DNA of 64,000 nt from Takakia lepidozioides (lineage: Eukaryota; Plantae; Bryophyta): positions 32,364,001 through 32,428,000 of the forward strand of contig CM060733.1 of assembly GCA_030704615.1 (NCBI GenBank), written 5' to 3'. The first letter of the stretch is position 1. Each line of letters begins with the position of its first letter. Below the pieces are notes generated by a model. The model was not told the origin of the DNA and searched no databases. It saw only the letters and a program-made list of their open reading frames with translations. Below, in pieces: positions 22,978-36,126 of the stretch. The translations under genes and the position numbers were made by a program.

Positions 22978-23727
22978 ATGGAAATGCAAGGGGAGGAGCT
23001 TGAGCGGCTTATGTTCTTTGAGCAGACCCGTGAGAAGGAAACTGCTGACTACCTTCGCTCCCCCACTGATGGAATGCGCTCCTTCTATAAGTGTGTGCCA
23101 CTCCTCCCTCCACATTACCCCTCTCTGTCAGTGCCGATGAGTTTCATGACCTGGTTGAATTTTCTTTCGTGAATGTGTCAGTGGGGAAGGGTTGGTTGAA
23201 GTTTCAGTGTACATTTGGTTTGGGTGCTCCAAGTAGTTTACTTAGCTTCGATTAATGAGCAGTCACCTCCTAGAAAAGTGAGGAAGTCTCTTATTTATTA
23301 GTCAACGTTACTGGAAATTTGCTGACGAAATTATCAGATTAGGGCTCTCAAAATGGTCTGCATAATATTCCCAGCATCATGAATTTGGCTGGTTACCAGT
23401 GTCCAAATCTGACCGGGTTGTGAGAGTGAAATCTGCTGTTGGTGGACGTCGGCTTCTGAATAGTTTGGAATATTTGGACTTGTTAAAGGGACAAGGGTGG
23501 GATCTTGTTACCCTGACAGTTTAAAGGTTGAGTACAGCTGGAGGCTTGGACGATATTGGGGGTTGTAGATGTGGTGTCAAAGCTGGAGGAAGCTCTTCGC
23601 GTTGCACGATACACTCTGGTGCCCTGGTAATGCCTACACGTCCTAGGGATTTTTGGTGAACAAGACTGACAAGGCCAACAGTTTTTTCAAGAAAGCTGCT
23701 GGGTGCTTTCAGCAGGCAATTGCCGAG
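22978..23727 (+). pseudogene. TOM20: Plant TOM20 (mitochondrial import receptor) relic, two exon remnants
   Basis: MEMQGEELERLMFFEQTRE..ADY..PTD and SKLEEALRV..HDTLWC..GNAYTS*GF..DKANSFFKKAAGCFQQAIAE followed by a GT donor; stop and frameshift. Confidence 0.7.
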
Positions 23728-24917
23728 GTGCGTTTCAATCTTAACCCTCCACCACACTGGAATCTGCAAATGATTCTTTGGGTGATCAGGAGCAGCTCTG
23801 TGGATGTTGCTTTAGTAATGGTGTGCCAGTAGATTTGAGCGTAGGATTATATGTGATCCCTACACACTGTTGGGAGCTGATGAAGTCAGTAGGGAGAGGT
23901 AGCTATTTGTCACTGCCAGGCATGATGACGTCGATGGTCTGAAGCTATTTATAGCCAGATGTTAAGACGCACTCTTTATGTTGCACCAGTTTAGGTTTTA
24001 GCTTGGGCTTGTGCAACATGTGTTGGGGTTTACCTTTTAATGTGAGTATGAAGTTTTTACTTGGTAGTTGAATGGATTGTGTTGCTTTAGTCTGAGCGTA
24101 TCTTCAAAGTCTTTGGTTTTATCTTCCGTCCCTTGAGACAAGATGTCCATTCAATCATTTAGTCGAGAGAGTTGTACGGTCAAAGTCACGACATGGTTTT
24201 ATTTTATTCCCCTTCATTCTTTGTCTTTAAATGGAATTTCCAGTCATGCTTAATAGATATGATGTGGTTGGACAACAGGTTGGAGAAGGTGAGGCTATCT
24301 CCAGTAGGACATTACAGGGTGTGTTGAGGATGTGATTGAAGCTGGACTGGATTGTGTCTTTAGTTGCTTATTTTAGTTCAAGTTTGGTCATGTAAGAGCA
24401 GCAAAATGGAGCTTAGTAGGTCTGTTCTCCCTTGTTAACACGGCATGTAAGTAGGTTGTTCAAGTTGTTTCCTGTTATCTGAAAGATGGTTAGAGCATTG
24501 GTGGCTGTAGCCTACTGTGGCTGAAGCTATGGCTGTTCTGCTGCCCATCTGTGGATCTCCCAGATAAGCCCAAGATCAGCATATTTCAGATATGAGTGCA
24601 CAGATGAGGTCCTTTGGGTTGCGAGTTGTTCGCAAACCTCCCTGGGTTAAACATGGCCCTGATATAAGGTCGAGCACAATCTTATAGCTCTGGTTTTGAG
24701 ACACTAGAATACGTGAGGTAGTGTTTTGAATATGATGCAAAGTTTCCAAAATGTTGGTATGGTTTAGCCCTACGTAGAGAGCTGCAGTCGTTTGTAAACA
24801 AGGCAAGTTTTCCGCAAGTCATCAGTAGACCTCTCTTGAAAGTGTCCAGGAGCTTTGAGATGTCTTACAAGAGCTTTAGCATAGAGGTTTGTAACTCGAG
24901 GTTTTGATACATGCAGG

Positions 24918-26771
24918 GTGGAAGCATTGAATCAGGCACAGTCGTTTGCTGAACATCCAACTGGCGTCAGGGGTAGCACCTCCCATGTCACTCCTGCTTT
25001 TGCTAGAGGACGAAGAGGTTCAGTCAACAAGAAGTCTTCTTGTATCGGTAGCTATGTGAGGGCGCTATGTAAGGCAGGAAAACTGAAAGAGGCGCTACAG
25101 GTTTTGAACCGACGAGGCAATCAGGCAAACACCAGTAGTTATGTCTGCTTCTTGCAGGAGTGCATCAAAAGGCAAGACATAGCAAAGGGAAAGCAGGTGC
25201 ACTCTCACATTATCCAAATTGGATTCATGCCAAACATCTTGCTACTTAACAACCTTCTCAACATGTATGCCAAGTGCGGGAGCATGGTGGATGCACGGCA
25301 AGTGTTTGACGAAATGCCTAAACGATCTTTGATCACATGGACTACGATGATAGCAGGATATGCCAAAAACGAATGTGGTAGGGAGGCTTTCAAGCTCTAT
25401 AAGCAAATGCAACTGGACGGGGTGATGCCAAACATGGTCACATTCATTTGCATCCTAAATGCATGTGCCAGCCTAGGAGCCCTGGCAAAGGGCAAAGAGG
25501 TGCATTCTGACATCATCAAAGCTGGAATGGTGTCTTATATCAATCTGGAGAACACCCTTGTTGACATGTATGCCAAATGCGGGAGCATGAAAAATGCATG
25601 TCGACTGTTTTACAATATGCATCAACGAAATGTGGTCTCATGGAATGCCATAATTGCAGGATATGTTCAGCATGGGTGTGGTGGCGAAGCTTGGAAGATC
25701 TATGCGCAAATGAAAAGGGAAGGGGTGATAGCTGACAGGGTCACTTTTATTTGTGTTCTCAATGCGTGTGCAAACTTAGGAGCCCTGGAAAAAGGCAAAG
25801 AGGTCCATGCAGACATCATCAAAACTAAAGTTGCATCATATATCAATTTAGAAACTGCCCTTGCTGATATGTATGCTAAATGTGGGAGCATGAAGGAGGC
25901 ACATCAAGTGTTTGATGCTATGACTAAACGAAATGTGGTCTCATGGAATGTCATGATTGCAGGGTATGCACAACATGGGTGTGGTGAGGATGCATTTGAG
26001 ATGTATGCACAAATGCAACAGGAAGGGATGGCACCTGACAGGGTTACATTCACTAGCCTTGTCAATGCATGTGCCAGCCTAGGAGCCCTTGAAAAGGGCA
26101 AGAGGGTACACGATGACATCAGCAAAAGTGGAATTGTGCCACATATCATTCTGGAAACTGCCCTTGCTGACATGTATGCCAAATGCGGGAGCATGAAGGA
26201 TGCGTATCAAGTCTTTGACAGCATGGCTAAACGAGATGTGGTCTCATGGAATGCTATGATGGTAGGATGTGCCCAGCATGGGAGAGGTAGGGAGGTCCTC
26301 CAACTCTTCAAACAGATGCAACAGGAAGGCTTGAAACCGAATGCCAGCACCTTCACATCTCTTCTCACTGCTTGCAGCCATGTTGGCTTAGTTGATGAAG
26401 GTCGGCACTACTTCAATTCCATGAGTCGGGATCATGGCCTTATTCCTACTGTGGAGCATTTTGGCTGCATGGTGGACCTTCTTGGCCGTGCAGGGCATTT
26501 GGATGAGGCTGAGGAATTCATTAAAAAAATGCCCACCAAACCAAGTGCTGGTCTGTGGAGGGCCTTGCTTGGTGCCTGCAGAATTCACGGTGATCTAGAG
26601 GTAGCAGGCCGTGCAGCAGAAAGGATTCTGAAGAGTGACCCACAGCACGCTGCACCTTATGTGCTGTTGTCCAACATCTATGCTGCTGCTGGCAATTGGC
26701 ATGATAAAGCGAAGGTCAGAAAAGTGATGGAGGACAGAGGTATCAGAAAGGAGGGAGGATTCCCTTGTTGA
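24918..26771 (+). CDS. PLS-class pentatricopeptide repeat protein with E domains, no DYW (organellar RNA-editing-type factor)
   Basis: Repeated DMYAKCGSM..A..VF..M..RNVVSWN.MI.GY, P-L-S triplets, HFGCMVDLLGRAG, YVLLSNIYAAAG.W. Ends at GIRKEGGFPC. The start is a GTG after an AG acceptor, so an upstream exon is possible. Confidence 0.92.
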   Translation: MEALNQAQSFAEHPTGVRGSTSHVTPAFARGRRGSVNKKSSCIGSYVRALCKAGKLKEALQVLNRRGNQANTSSYVCFLQECIKRQDIAKGKQVHSHIIQIGFMPNILLLNNLLNMYAKCGSMVDARQVFDEMPKRSLITWTTMIAGYAKNECGREAFKLYKQMQLDGVMPNMVTFICILNACASLGALAKGKEVHSDIIKAGMVSYINLENTLVDMYAKCGSMKNACRLFYNMHQRNVVSWNAIIAGYVQHGCGGEAWKIYAQMKREGVIADRVTFICVLNACANLGALEKGKEVHADIIKTKVASYINLETALADMYAKCGSMKEAHQVFDAMTKRNVVSWNVMIAGYAQHGCGEDAFEMYAQMQQEGMAPDRVTFTSLVNACASLGALEKGKRVHDDISKSGIVPHIILETALADMYAKCGSMKDAYQVFDSMAKRDVVSWNAMMVGCAQHGRGREVLQLFKQMQQEGLKPNASTFTSLLTACSHVGLVDEGRHYFNSMSRDHGLIPTVEHFGCMVDLLGRAGHLDEAEEFIKKMPTKPSAGLWRALLGACRIHGDLEVAGRAAERILKSDPQHAAPYVLLSNIYAAAGNWHDKAKVRKVMEDRGIRKEGGFPC

Positions 26772-27690
26772 CATGTATTCCAAGTGCTGGAGCATGGTGG
26801 ATGCACATGAAGTGTTTGTCTAGTAGGAAGGCCTTCAAGATCTATGAGCAAATGAAACAGCAAGGGCTCAGTCCCAGCAGGGTCACGTTCATCTGCATTC
26901 TCAATGCATGTGCCAGCCTAGGAGCCCTTGAAAACAGCAAAGAGGTCCATGCTGACATTGGCAAAAGTGGAACTGCACTGCATATTATTCTAGAGAATAC
27001 CCTTGTTGACATGTATGCCAAATGTGGGAGTGTCAAGGATGCAGGTCAAGTTTTCAGTAGTAAGGCTAAGTGAGATGTGGTCTCATGGAGTGCAATGATT
27101 GGGGGATGACATGCTGACATCAGCAAAACACCAGATATCATCCTGCAGAATGCCCTTATTGACATGTATTTCAACAAGATCATGTCCATTTGCATTCTCA
27201 ACGCATGTGCCAGCCCGGCGGCCCTGGAAAAGGACAAAGAGATCCATGCTGACATCAAGCAGGGTTCTGCCGTATATTAATTTGTTGATGCCCTCGATAA
27301 CATGTATGCCAAATGTGGGATCATAAAGGATGCGTGTCAAGTGTTTGACAATGGACGAACGAGATGTGGTTTCATGGAAAATGATTGCATGTCTCTGCAT
27401 GTAGCCATGTCGGTCTGGTGGATGAAGGTCATCACTGTTATGATTCCATGAGTAGAGATCATGGAATCACTCCTACCCTGGAACATTTTGGCTGCATGGT
27501 GGGCCTGCTTGGCCGTGGAGGGCGATTGGATGAGGCACAAGACTTCATGAAGAAAATGCCAATTGAACCAGGTGCTTTGCTGTGGGCAGCCTTGCTTGGA
27601 GCCTGCGGTGTTCATGACAATGTGGATCTAGCAGAGCATGCAGCAAAGAGCATTCTCGAGAGTGATCCACACCATGCTGCTGCATTATTT
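26762..27690 (+). pseudogene. Degenerate tandem PPR (PLS/E) copy
   Basis: Broken repeats of TFICILNACASLGALE..DMYAKCG and ACSHVGLVDEG..HFGCMV with frameshifts and stops. Confidence 0.88.
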
Positions 27691-27819
27691 GCAGGCAGCT
27701 TGCAAGATTCTTCATCGTCCATACTGTTGAAATCCATATCATCTCCCGTGGGAGGTTAGGATGATATGTTTACATTGACACAGTGTGCAACATTGTCTTT
27801 CATTTTTGCATTGGAAACA

Positions 27820-28030
27820 ATGAGTAACCAAGGAGGTGGATGCAGTTCAGCAGGGGCTGCGCCATCACCAGTGACAGGCAGCAAGAAGGGCCAACAAGCA
27901 GGTGGGGCGCGCACACCTTGCACCATCGGAATTGTGGTACCTCCTGCATGCAAGCCTTGGGACCGTGGAGACTTACTGCGTTGCTGTGTCACCTACAAAT
28001 CTATCAACAAGTTTGGAAACCACAGGTGGG
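27820..28030 (+). pseudogene. Fragment of C3HC zinc-finger (NIPA/ZC3HC1-like) gene, N-terminal part
   Basis: PPACKPWDRGDLLRCCVTYKS resembles the conserved CRPWDRGDLLRRLATFK motif; nothing further follows. Confidence 0.6.
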
Positions 28031-29750
28031 AGCCTTCTTGGACAACGTGATTCTATCTACTCATTTTTGAGAACTTCCTCTCACCTCTTTTCCTTACATA
28101 GTGACCTATCTGTATGCTTGTTCTAAATTGCAATAAAAAAAGGGTACAAAAAATTCCATCTTCACTAATGGCCACTGCAGATGTTTACCCAACATGTGAA
28201 GGAAGGCAAATGGTGAGAGAGAAGGGAGGTTGCAAGGCCCGTAAGTGCAAGGAGAGGATGGGTGAATGTGGAGGTACACATATTTTCCTGCAAAGTCTGT
28301 GCTGCCTGCCTTGGTTTCCTTGTTCCACCATGTTGGGGCACATCAACAGGGTATTTCTCTACTTGCTTTTTGGACTCATCCGTCCCTTGATGGGCCACAG
28401 ACAGTGGCACAGGCTGAAGACAGCAGTTTTCACCATCATGATGCTGAACCAATCTCAAGCAAAAGTGATGAGGGGAGCCAACAAAGGTGCTGAAACCAAG
28501 ATGGCAATGATCAGCACTGGAACTGGAGCAGGGGGAGGTTTGAAGGCAGACCAAAGAGAAAAGTGCATTACATCCGTGGCAGCCCAGCCCAAGAAACAGA
28601 AGCAGAAAGAACAAGTGTTCAAAGCACAGAACTACTGCAGAAATCAGCAGAATCATTCAAACATTGCACAAAGGTGGAGTGCCTAGGATCCAAAGGCTTT
28701 AGGGCCTGTCCAGAGATGGTGAGAGAGAAGTGACTGATGTGACACCCAAGTTGCATGCATATAGTTAAGTACCACTGTACATAGGAGATCCAGTATGCAA
28801 TTCCCAAGGGGGAGCAAACGCCTGACCTATCCCAAGTATGAGTGGATTTACCACAGCACAAGGTTGTAATTTCCACATGTTGGTGAATGAAGGACCTGCT
28901 TCTTTTTGGTGAACTCGGTAATTTGTGGTCAAAACATATTTAAATTAGATGTCTAGGCAAGGGTAGCAGATGCACTGGGATTATTCCAAGAAGAAGCATC
29001 AAATGCATGTACATATCTGAACATATGCGTCACCAACATTCTTTGGCCCAAGTTACAATAGCAAAAGGTCCATTGGAGGTCCTCTCATTCTCTGACCCTG
29101 TTTTTGGAAGAACCACTTCATCATACAAGATTCATGCTACTATCCCATTTCAAGATTACCGTGTGGTTCTGTGTGAGGCTAAAAATATGTGGTCCTGTGT
29201 TTCATGGAGACTGTAGGCACCTCCTGCTTTATGGGAAAAGCGTGAAACATGTCAAACAGCCAATTCATGCTCATCAAATATTTGCAATTCACTTCGACAA
29301 TACGCGCAGACAATCTACTATCTGTTAGTTACAAGGAAAACCCCAGAGGCACCCAGTCAAGAAGAATCTGGACTGAGGTACAACCTGGCTGGTCTGCCAC
29401 AATTGTGAAACAAAGCAGTCCTTTCCAACATTTCCTGAAGTATAACCATTGCAAGGAGGTTCACCTCCACTGAATTCTCAACTTGATTCCGAGCACTCCA
29501 GCTACATAGCAGCCATCTCCGGCCCACATTAAGGCTTAGCAGTAGAAGAAAGGCATGCCCATAAGAGAGAGTGACTGCAAGGTGCGTGGTGAGAGCACGA
29601 ACCTGGCGTGGAGTATGAAATGAACCCACGATCACCAGAACCTGCTCTCTAGTTTGAAATTTCAAATTCACCTAGTCGTGGCGCCAAAACCCAAAGTGCA
29701 TCTGAAACCGTCCGATCCATCAGCTCTTCAATCTTAGCGGCCCATGAGTC

Positions 29751-29758
29751 GATCCGCG
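29751..29758. promoter_or_regulatory. Plant histone promoter octamer (GATCCGCG = reverse complement of CGCGGATC)
   Basis: Exact octamer ~360 bp upstream of the H3 ATG. Confidence 0.65.
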
Positions 29759-29939
29759 TCGGCTGTTTCTGTGAGTTCTCATTCGAAGAAAGAAATCAAC
29801 CAGTGAAAAGCTTCCAAGTGTTCCAAACGTTAGGCTCGGCACGCCGAGCCCATAGGTTCGTTCCGAACCTGTCCCTTACTTATGCGGTCCCTTGCTACAC
29901 TACTGTCATTCCGCTGTATCAGTCTTCTCTCTGTCTTAA

Positions 29940-30521
<582 letters not shown>

Positions 30522-31263
30522 GTACTGTTTTTTGTTCCAAATCACTGGTGTACTTTTACACCACCAATCTTTTGGAATTATCGGTTTCAACAATGTAAAT
30601 GTTACTGGCACTGCCCTTTTTCCAAACATAGAGCTTGCAATTAATGTCGTCCATGTCTGTCTTGAGGTATTTGTAGATCTTGTCCATTCTGATACATCCT
30701 CACCTGTTTTGTGGGTTTGCTGTTGGTCTGTAAGGCTGACAGCTGCCATGGGCAGCTTATGGTTCCTGCTGGTAGAGACTCTGGATCCTGCGTTAAGACT
30801 CCTTTCTCTTGGTTACAGACTTGGGATGGACGATGTATGAACGAGTCTTGGAATGTAATCATTGTTTCTGCCCAAATTTTATGCTGAGGATTTGGATCTC
30901 TGAAAATTAGGTCCCTTTGGTCTGAGTTTTGGACCAATATGAATGATGTGCTTTAGCAGCTTGACTGGCACCCTGTTCTTTTTAACCTTCCATGACAATT
31001 AACCCATTTTGACCTGTGACTTTATTTCAGAGTTGCTACACTGTCATTTTTTAGTGCCAATTGATTTGGTTTTGCCATTCTTTACATTTCTGTCTTGCTT
31101 TTGAATGCTGAGACCAGACCTAATCTTATGCATACAACTGAGTATGCTGAGTACCCTATATCCTTTTCTCTTATGCATATTGTCTAGCCTTGTAATGGTT
31201 TGTGGCTACCATACCGGGATGCCCTCAAACATGTTGAGCACATTCTCATGGTCTGCATGTCAT

Positions 31264-31481
31264 CAGTGGAACCCAAACTCTCACTGATGTCTTCCACTAT
31301 GAGGATAAAAAATGCTTGGCAGCCTACCTGCACGAGGCCTTCACCCTTAGACAATCGCTAGAACATTAATTGTGGTTTCTGGATTTGTTCCTCTCTCATG
31401 TTTTCTTCCATTTTGTTCCATAAGCTCTACGAGCTTTCCGCGGACGCTGTAAAACACCATTTCATTTCATTTCATTTCATT
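31264..31481 (+). mobile_element. 5'-truncated copy of the (ATTTC)n-ending LINE
   Basis: Near-identical to 59680-59894. Confidence 0.88.
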
Positions 31482-31891
31482 GGAAAAAAAAAAGCCTAAT
31501 CACAACCATCAGATTGGTTGTGGTTGGGGTTTGGGTATTATCTTGCACAAGCTATATTGATAAAGTGACAACACATGAGCTATATATTGATACTGGGATA
31601 ATGGAAATCATATGACATCAACTATTAGCACCATATTGTATGTGCCAGTTCCCTGCATACTGCATTACCTTGTCTCTTTACCTTTTATCAATGGGAGTGA
31701 GTTCTTGTATGGACAATCTGAAGGTTACTAATCCTCAAACCATTTTACCAGTTTATGTCTGTAGTTGGGTTCGGGGAAAGGCAAAGAGACCATGTTGGCT
31801 TTCACCTTATCTGCATACTGCTTCTCCTGGTCTTTGACATCTGAAAATCCAAGCATTCTAAAGTGAGAAGTGTGCTTTTCTTACCTTCATT

Positions 31892-34301
31892 CTAAATTTT
31901 GTTTGTTTCTATCTTGTCTTTAAAGATCAGAGCCGGTATGTACAAGAAACTGGTTTCACGGGAACTTGGAGAGTACACAGTGCTCTCATAACGGCTTACA
32001 CATATGCTCGAGCAAACAGTACAAAGCGATTTCAGTGGATGAGAACATGGCATGCGAATAAGACAGGATGTGTTCTGAAGGATCACGGAGGGAGCAATTC
32101 CGGGAATGGCGGCGATATTCGGAGTAGGCTGTGAAGTGTGAAGTGTGAACTGTACAAAGAGAGGATGATGTTGCTAAAAAATAGTTTACCTTCAAACTCA
32201 ACACGCTTCTGCTCTTTGGCCGTGATAGCAGCTGCTTGCTTGTTCCTAATCTGGTTCTCCAACTCGTCCAGAAGTTCCTGCTTGGTCTGTAGGAGCAGAC
32301 AATCCATCGAGTCAGTAATGCTTCTCCCTATACACCCTCTCAACAGTTCAGTAGTACTAGTTATTGCTATCTATTCTATCGGTATTACCAGTACGACCCT
32401 TCATCCTCAGAGGCCCTCTACTTCTCGCGAGCCTCTCACTCTCAAGATCCTAGATACTGGATTAGAATATATAGTGCCTGTAGATTTGGTGAATTATTAG
32501 CTTGGAAGAGATGTATTCAGTAGATCCTGTGCTGAGCAGCCTCGTGATCGATGATACTAATGAAGTTGTAAGAACTTGGAACGTTTTCAAGTATACACAT
32601 ATGTACATACAGGGTGGGGTAACACGACATGTTTGAACAGTCTTACCAACTTATGTTCTGCAAGCTGTCTCTTGCTTTCAGCTTCCTGGAACGCAGCCAT
32701 TTGTTCGTTTAACTCGAGCTCGATCCTCTTGTTTTCCTCAATTTGGTATCGCACAGTCTCTGAATGGAGTTTAGAGTTTGAGTACATTACTCGGGGAAAT
32801 CTACTACAGACTGTAAAATGAACATTCTAAACTTCGAGATACTAGCAATGTATAGCTGACAAAATATAGGCACGTGACATGGTCAACTTTCTGATCGTAG
32901 AGATTGACAAGCCCGTTTCTGGAGATGTGAAGTCGGTATCACGCTTAGCAATTGAGAACGACGGGTCCGAGAAAGTGCTTAAGTGCACCTGTTAAGACTT
33001 ACCTTTTTCCTGTAATTGATTCTGTCGCTCCTCGTGGACCCTGTTCCATAGTCGCTGCCGTAAGTCCTCCTCTCGCTTCCACCCAGCTTCCCGCTTCGCC
33101 CACTCTTCATTTTCCTCGGCTTTAAAGGCAGCATTTCTAATTGATTCATTTACTGCAAGCCTCGACATTATAGCTTGTAAGTGAGCTGCATACTGCTGGG
33201 CCTCCCGCCTCTGGTGTTCCTTCAACTCCTTCTCTTGTAGAGCCTCGGCTGCTTCTCTTGCAGCTATCATGGATTGATTATCAGACTCAAACTTCTTGTC
33301 CCTGGCACTTTCTGCATTCTTTTGGTTCGTTTGCTGAGAGTTTGCTTCATTTAGTGCCTTTCCTCTTGCCAACTGCCATTGGAAACAACGACGATGTCAG
33401 TACTGTAAACTGACACAACCTGGCGCTGGATTTTCTCAAGTGAGATCTTTGCCAAAATGCAACAAGCAAAGCACTGGATGCGGAATTTCAGTTGTGCATT
33501 CGGATTAGGAGCTATTACCTGATAGCACCGCTTCTGCTGTTGTTGTTGTTTCAGTTCTGCCTCTTCCTCCTTCCATTTCTCATTCATTGCTGCCATCTCT
33601 TCTTTGACTGCCTCCCTCTCCTCCTGGCGGAGCGCCTCCACCATGTACAATTGCTCATTGAGGATATCAATGGCTTCCACTTTCTTGGCCTCTTTCATTT
33701 CCACCTCCCTGAGTAATGCCATCTCCTTCAACTTCCACTCCTGCTCCATTGTCGCCTCCATCTTTCGCCCTTCCTCTTCTTCCAAGATTTTCCTTGCAAC
33801 TGCCTCTTCAAGCTGCCTTTTCCGGCCTTCAACTGCTCGAAGAACCGCGAGCTTGGAGTCATGGATCCGCACATCATCTGCATTATCCCTCCACGCTCGA
33901 TTTAGCTGTTCTTCAACATACTTGTCTTTTTCTTGCATCCTCTTTTGCTTGAGAACCCTTGCACGAGCCTCTAGCCATTGTCTTCTCTCGGGAAGAGACA
34001 TGGTAGTAGTCTTAAGCTCTTCCACAAGTAGTGCTTCTTCCCCCTCCAACAATGCAGCCAACCGGGCTCGTCTCAACTGCAATTTCCTTTCTCTGCACAC
34101 TCCGATTGCCTCCAACTTTTCCGAAATCGTTCGAAATTCAATCTTCGGAATCCCAGCTTGAGCAAAATTGGCAGCTACCATGGCCTGGCAATAGCTCTTC
34201 ACATCCTTCATACTATCCTGCAACTTGGCCTCATATTGCCTGGCTTTGTAGATCCGGTCCTCATTAGACGGCGCCCTTTTAGGATGCACATATGTAGCCA
34301 T
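31892..34301 (-). CDS. CFAP53: Cilia- and flagella-associated protein 53-like (TPH coiled coil), multi-exon
   Basis: LQLRRARLAALLEGEE..EEL..PERRQWLEARARVLK..VEEQLNRAWRDNADDVR, then E..WAKREAGWKREEDLRQRLW..VH.ER..QL. Exons ~34301-33519, ~33370-33003, ~32811-32648, ~32287-32205; last exon uncertain. Confidence 0.72.
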
Positions 34302-34639
34302 TGCTGGAGTCACTCACAGGGTCTCGACACTGCAGAATCAAGACAGTGTTTTTGACGAGTACATGTGTGAGGGTGCGTCTGCTTCTTTGTACTCCAGGCT
34401 CTCGTCTTGGAAAGTTTCGAGTAATCTTACAACATGTCCATGTGATCTGTGCTCATTTACATACTACATGGCATCCATCGCTCACCTGGACTAGTTAAAA
34501 TTCAGATGTCAACATTTCAATGGTCTAGTACGCAGTTCTCAGAGTGTCGACCAACAATAGAATGTTTCAGATCATTTCCTCCTCTCTCAGCTTTCTCGAT
34601 GCGTTTGCAGTAACAGCTTTTTAGGCTTCTATGTCCCGG

Positions 34640-34865
34640 AGAGGACGTTCCTTTCTTCTTGAGGATCAGAAATGCTTGGCAGCTTATCTGCAGGGGCCCT
34701 GACCCTTACGCAATCCCTCGAACAGTAGTTGCTTTTGGGCTGCTTTTGGCTCTCTTTGGGTGGGTTTGTCTTAATCTTGTTTCTTGTTTTGCCTTTTGTT
34801 CCATAAGCTCTTTGAGCTTTCTGCGGACGTTATGAAGTACCATTTCATTTCATTTCTTTCTTTCA
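34640..34865 (+). mobile_element. Diverged 3' end of the (ATTTC)n-ending LINE family
   Basis: GAGGATCAGAAATGCTTGGCAGC..CCATAAGCTCTTTGAGCTTTCTGCGGACG..CCATTTCATTTC. Confidence 0.78.
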
Positions 34866-35566
34866 CTCACAAATCGAAGTCTTAAGAGGCGGGAGAGATG
34901 GACGACTCTTACTCAGGAAAGTATGAGAGACATAGGGAAGACGGCCGCCGTATACTTTGTAAAGCGAGACAGCGACAGAACCGAGACAGCGAAAGATCCA
35001 AAAGGTCCCGAAAGATCACCATAAGGTGAACAATCGAGCTCTAGGATCTGTAGAAAAATATCTATAGGGATCTCAAGGAGAAGGGAGATTGAGAAAGACA
35101 AACAAGGAAAGGAAGTTCAATATTCAACTTGAGAAAGTCACGTCCAGGAGGATTACCAAGGGCAAATAGAACATAGGACAGTCTTCAGACCCCTAAGGAT
35201 CGTGGCGACTGGCTGATGCTCAGGAAAGATATGACAGCCCGCAGTCTTTGGAGCCATATCCCGCCCGGCCATGTTCTTTCTTTCTGTCGACCTTCTCGTA
35301 CATCTTCATCTATTTACAACACACAACACAAGGTATTTTCTAGAAACGTCGAGATCCCTTACTCTTCTCTTACCCCGCCATCCTCTAGGCACATATTCCA
35401 TATTCTTGCTCTTCATCATTTCTACCGGACTCTCTCACAGTCAACCTTCCGTGCTCCATGTTTTGGTCATCTTGGATTCCCATTGAAGTGCTTTCTCTCT
35501 ATTTCCTTCAGATCCCAACTTGTGCGTGTTCATCTCGCGATCAACAAGAACCTCTCTCCCCTCCCC

Positions 35567-35570
<4 letters not shown>

Positions 35571-35600
<30 letters not shown>
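35571..35600. repeat. (TC)15 microsatellite
   Basis: Direct reading. Confidence 0.9.
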
Positions 35601-35606
<6 letters not shown>

Positions 35607-36126
35607 TTCAATTTCATTTCATTTCTCTTCTTCACACTGCCCACAAAGAACTTCAAGGCTCTTGCACTCCCGCATTGAAGCTTTCAAGATAGCCTGCTCG
35701 TCAGGGCACTGTAATTACAGCAGAGGCCATCGTGGGTTCAAACCCACTGCAATGCATTTGTTTGTCCACGAATCTAATCAAACCAAGTCCATCAGATTGA
35801 AGGGGAGTGAATGGGGTTGAATAAAAACTTGACTCCATGCAAGCGTCAGGACTCAATCAATTGTATATATACTATATTCTCTCTACTGCACGAGCTTCAA
35901 GAGTTCTACAAATTCAGATATGGCCATGGCAAGAATTCTTGAACACTTGAATCTTTCTAGTCGAGTACTGGAAGATGGGTTTGTCGGAATCAAGGGCAAG
36001 AACTCAGATGGCGGAAATTGCCTAGAGAATCTTGATGGATTATCATGAACAGGGGCCCCTCCATCTTTCAGATTTTGGGTCTTTTTAGTCCTGAAGTACT
36101 TGGAGAGCCAATGCACGGGGCTCAGT

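Noticed and set aside
28114-29480. ORFs of 70-190 aa between the PPR relic and H3
   Set aside because: No recognisable motif; probably decayed gene fragments that I cannot assign.
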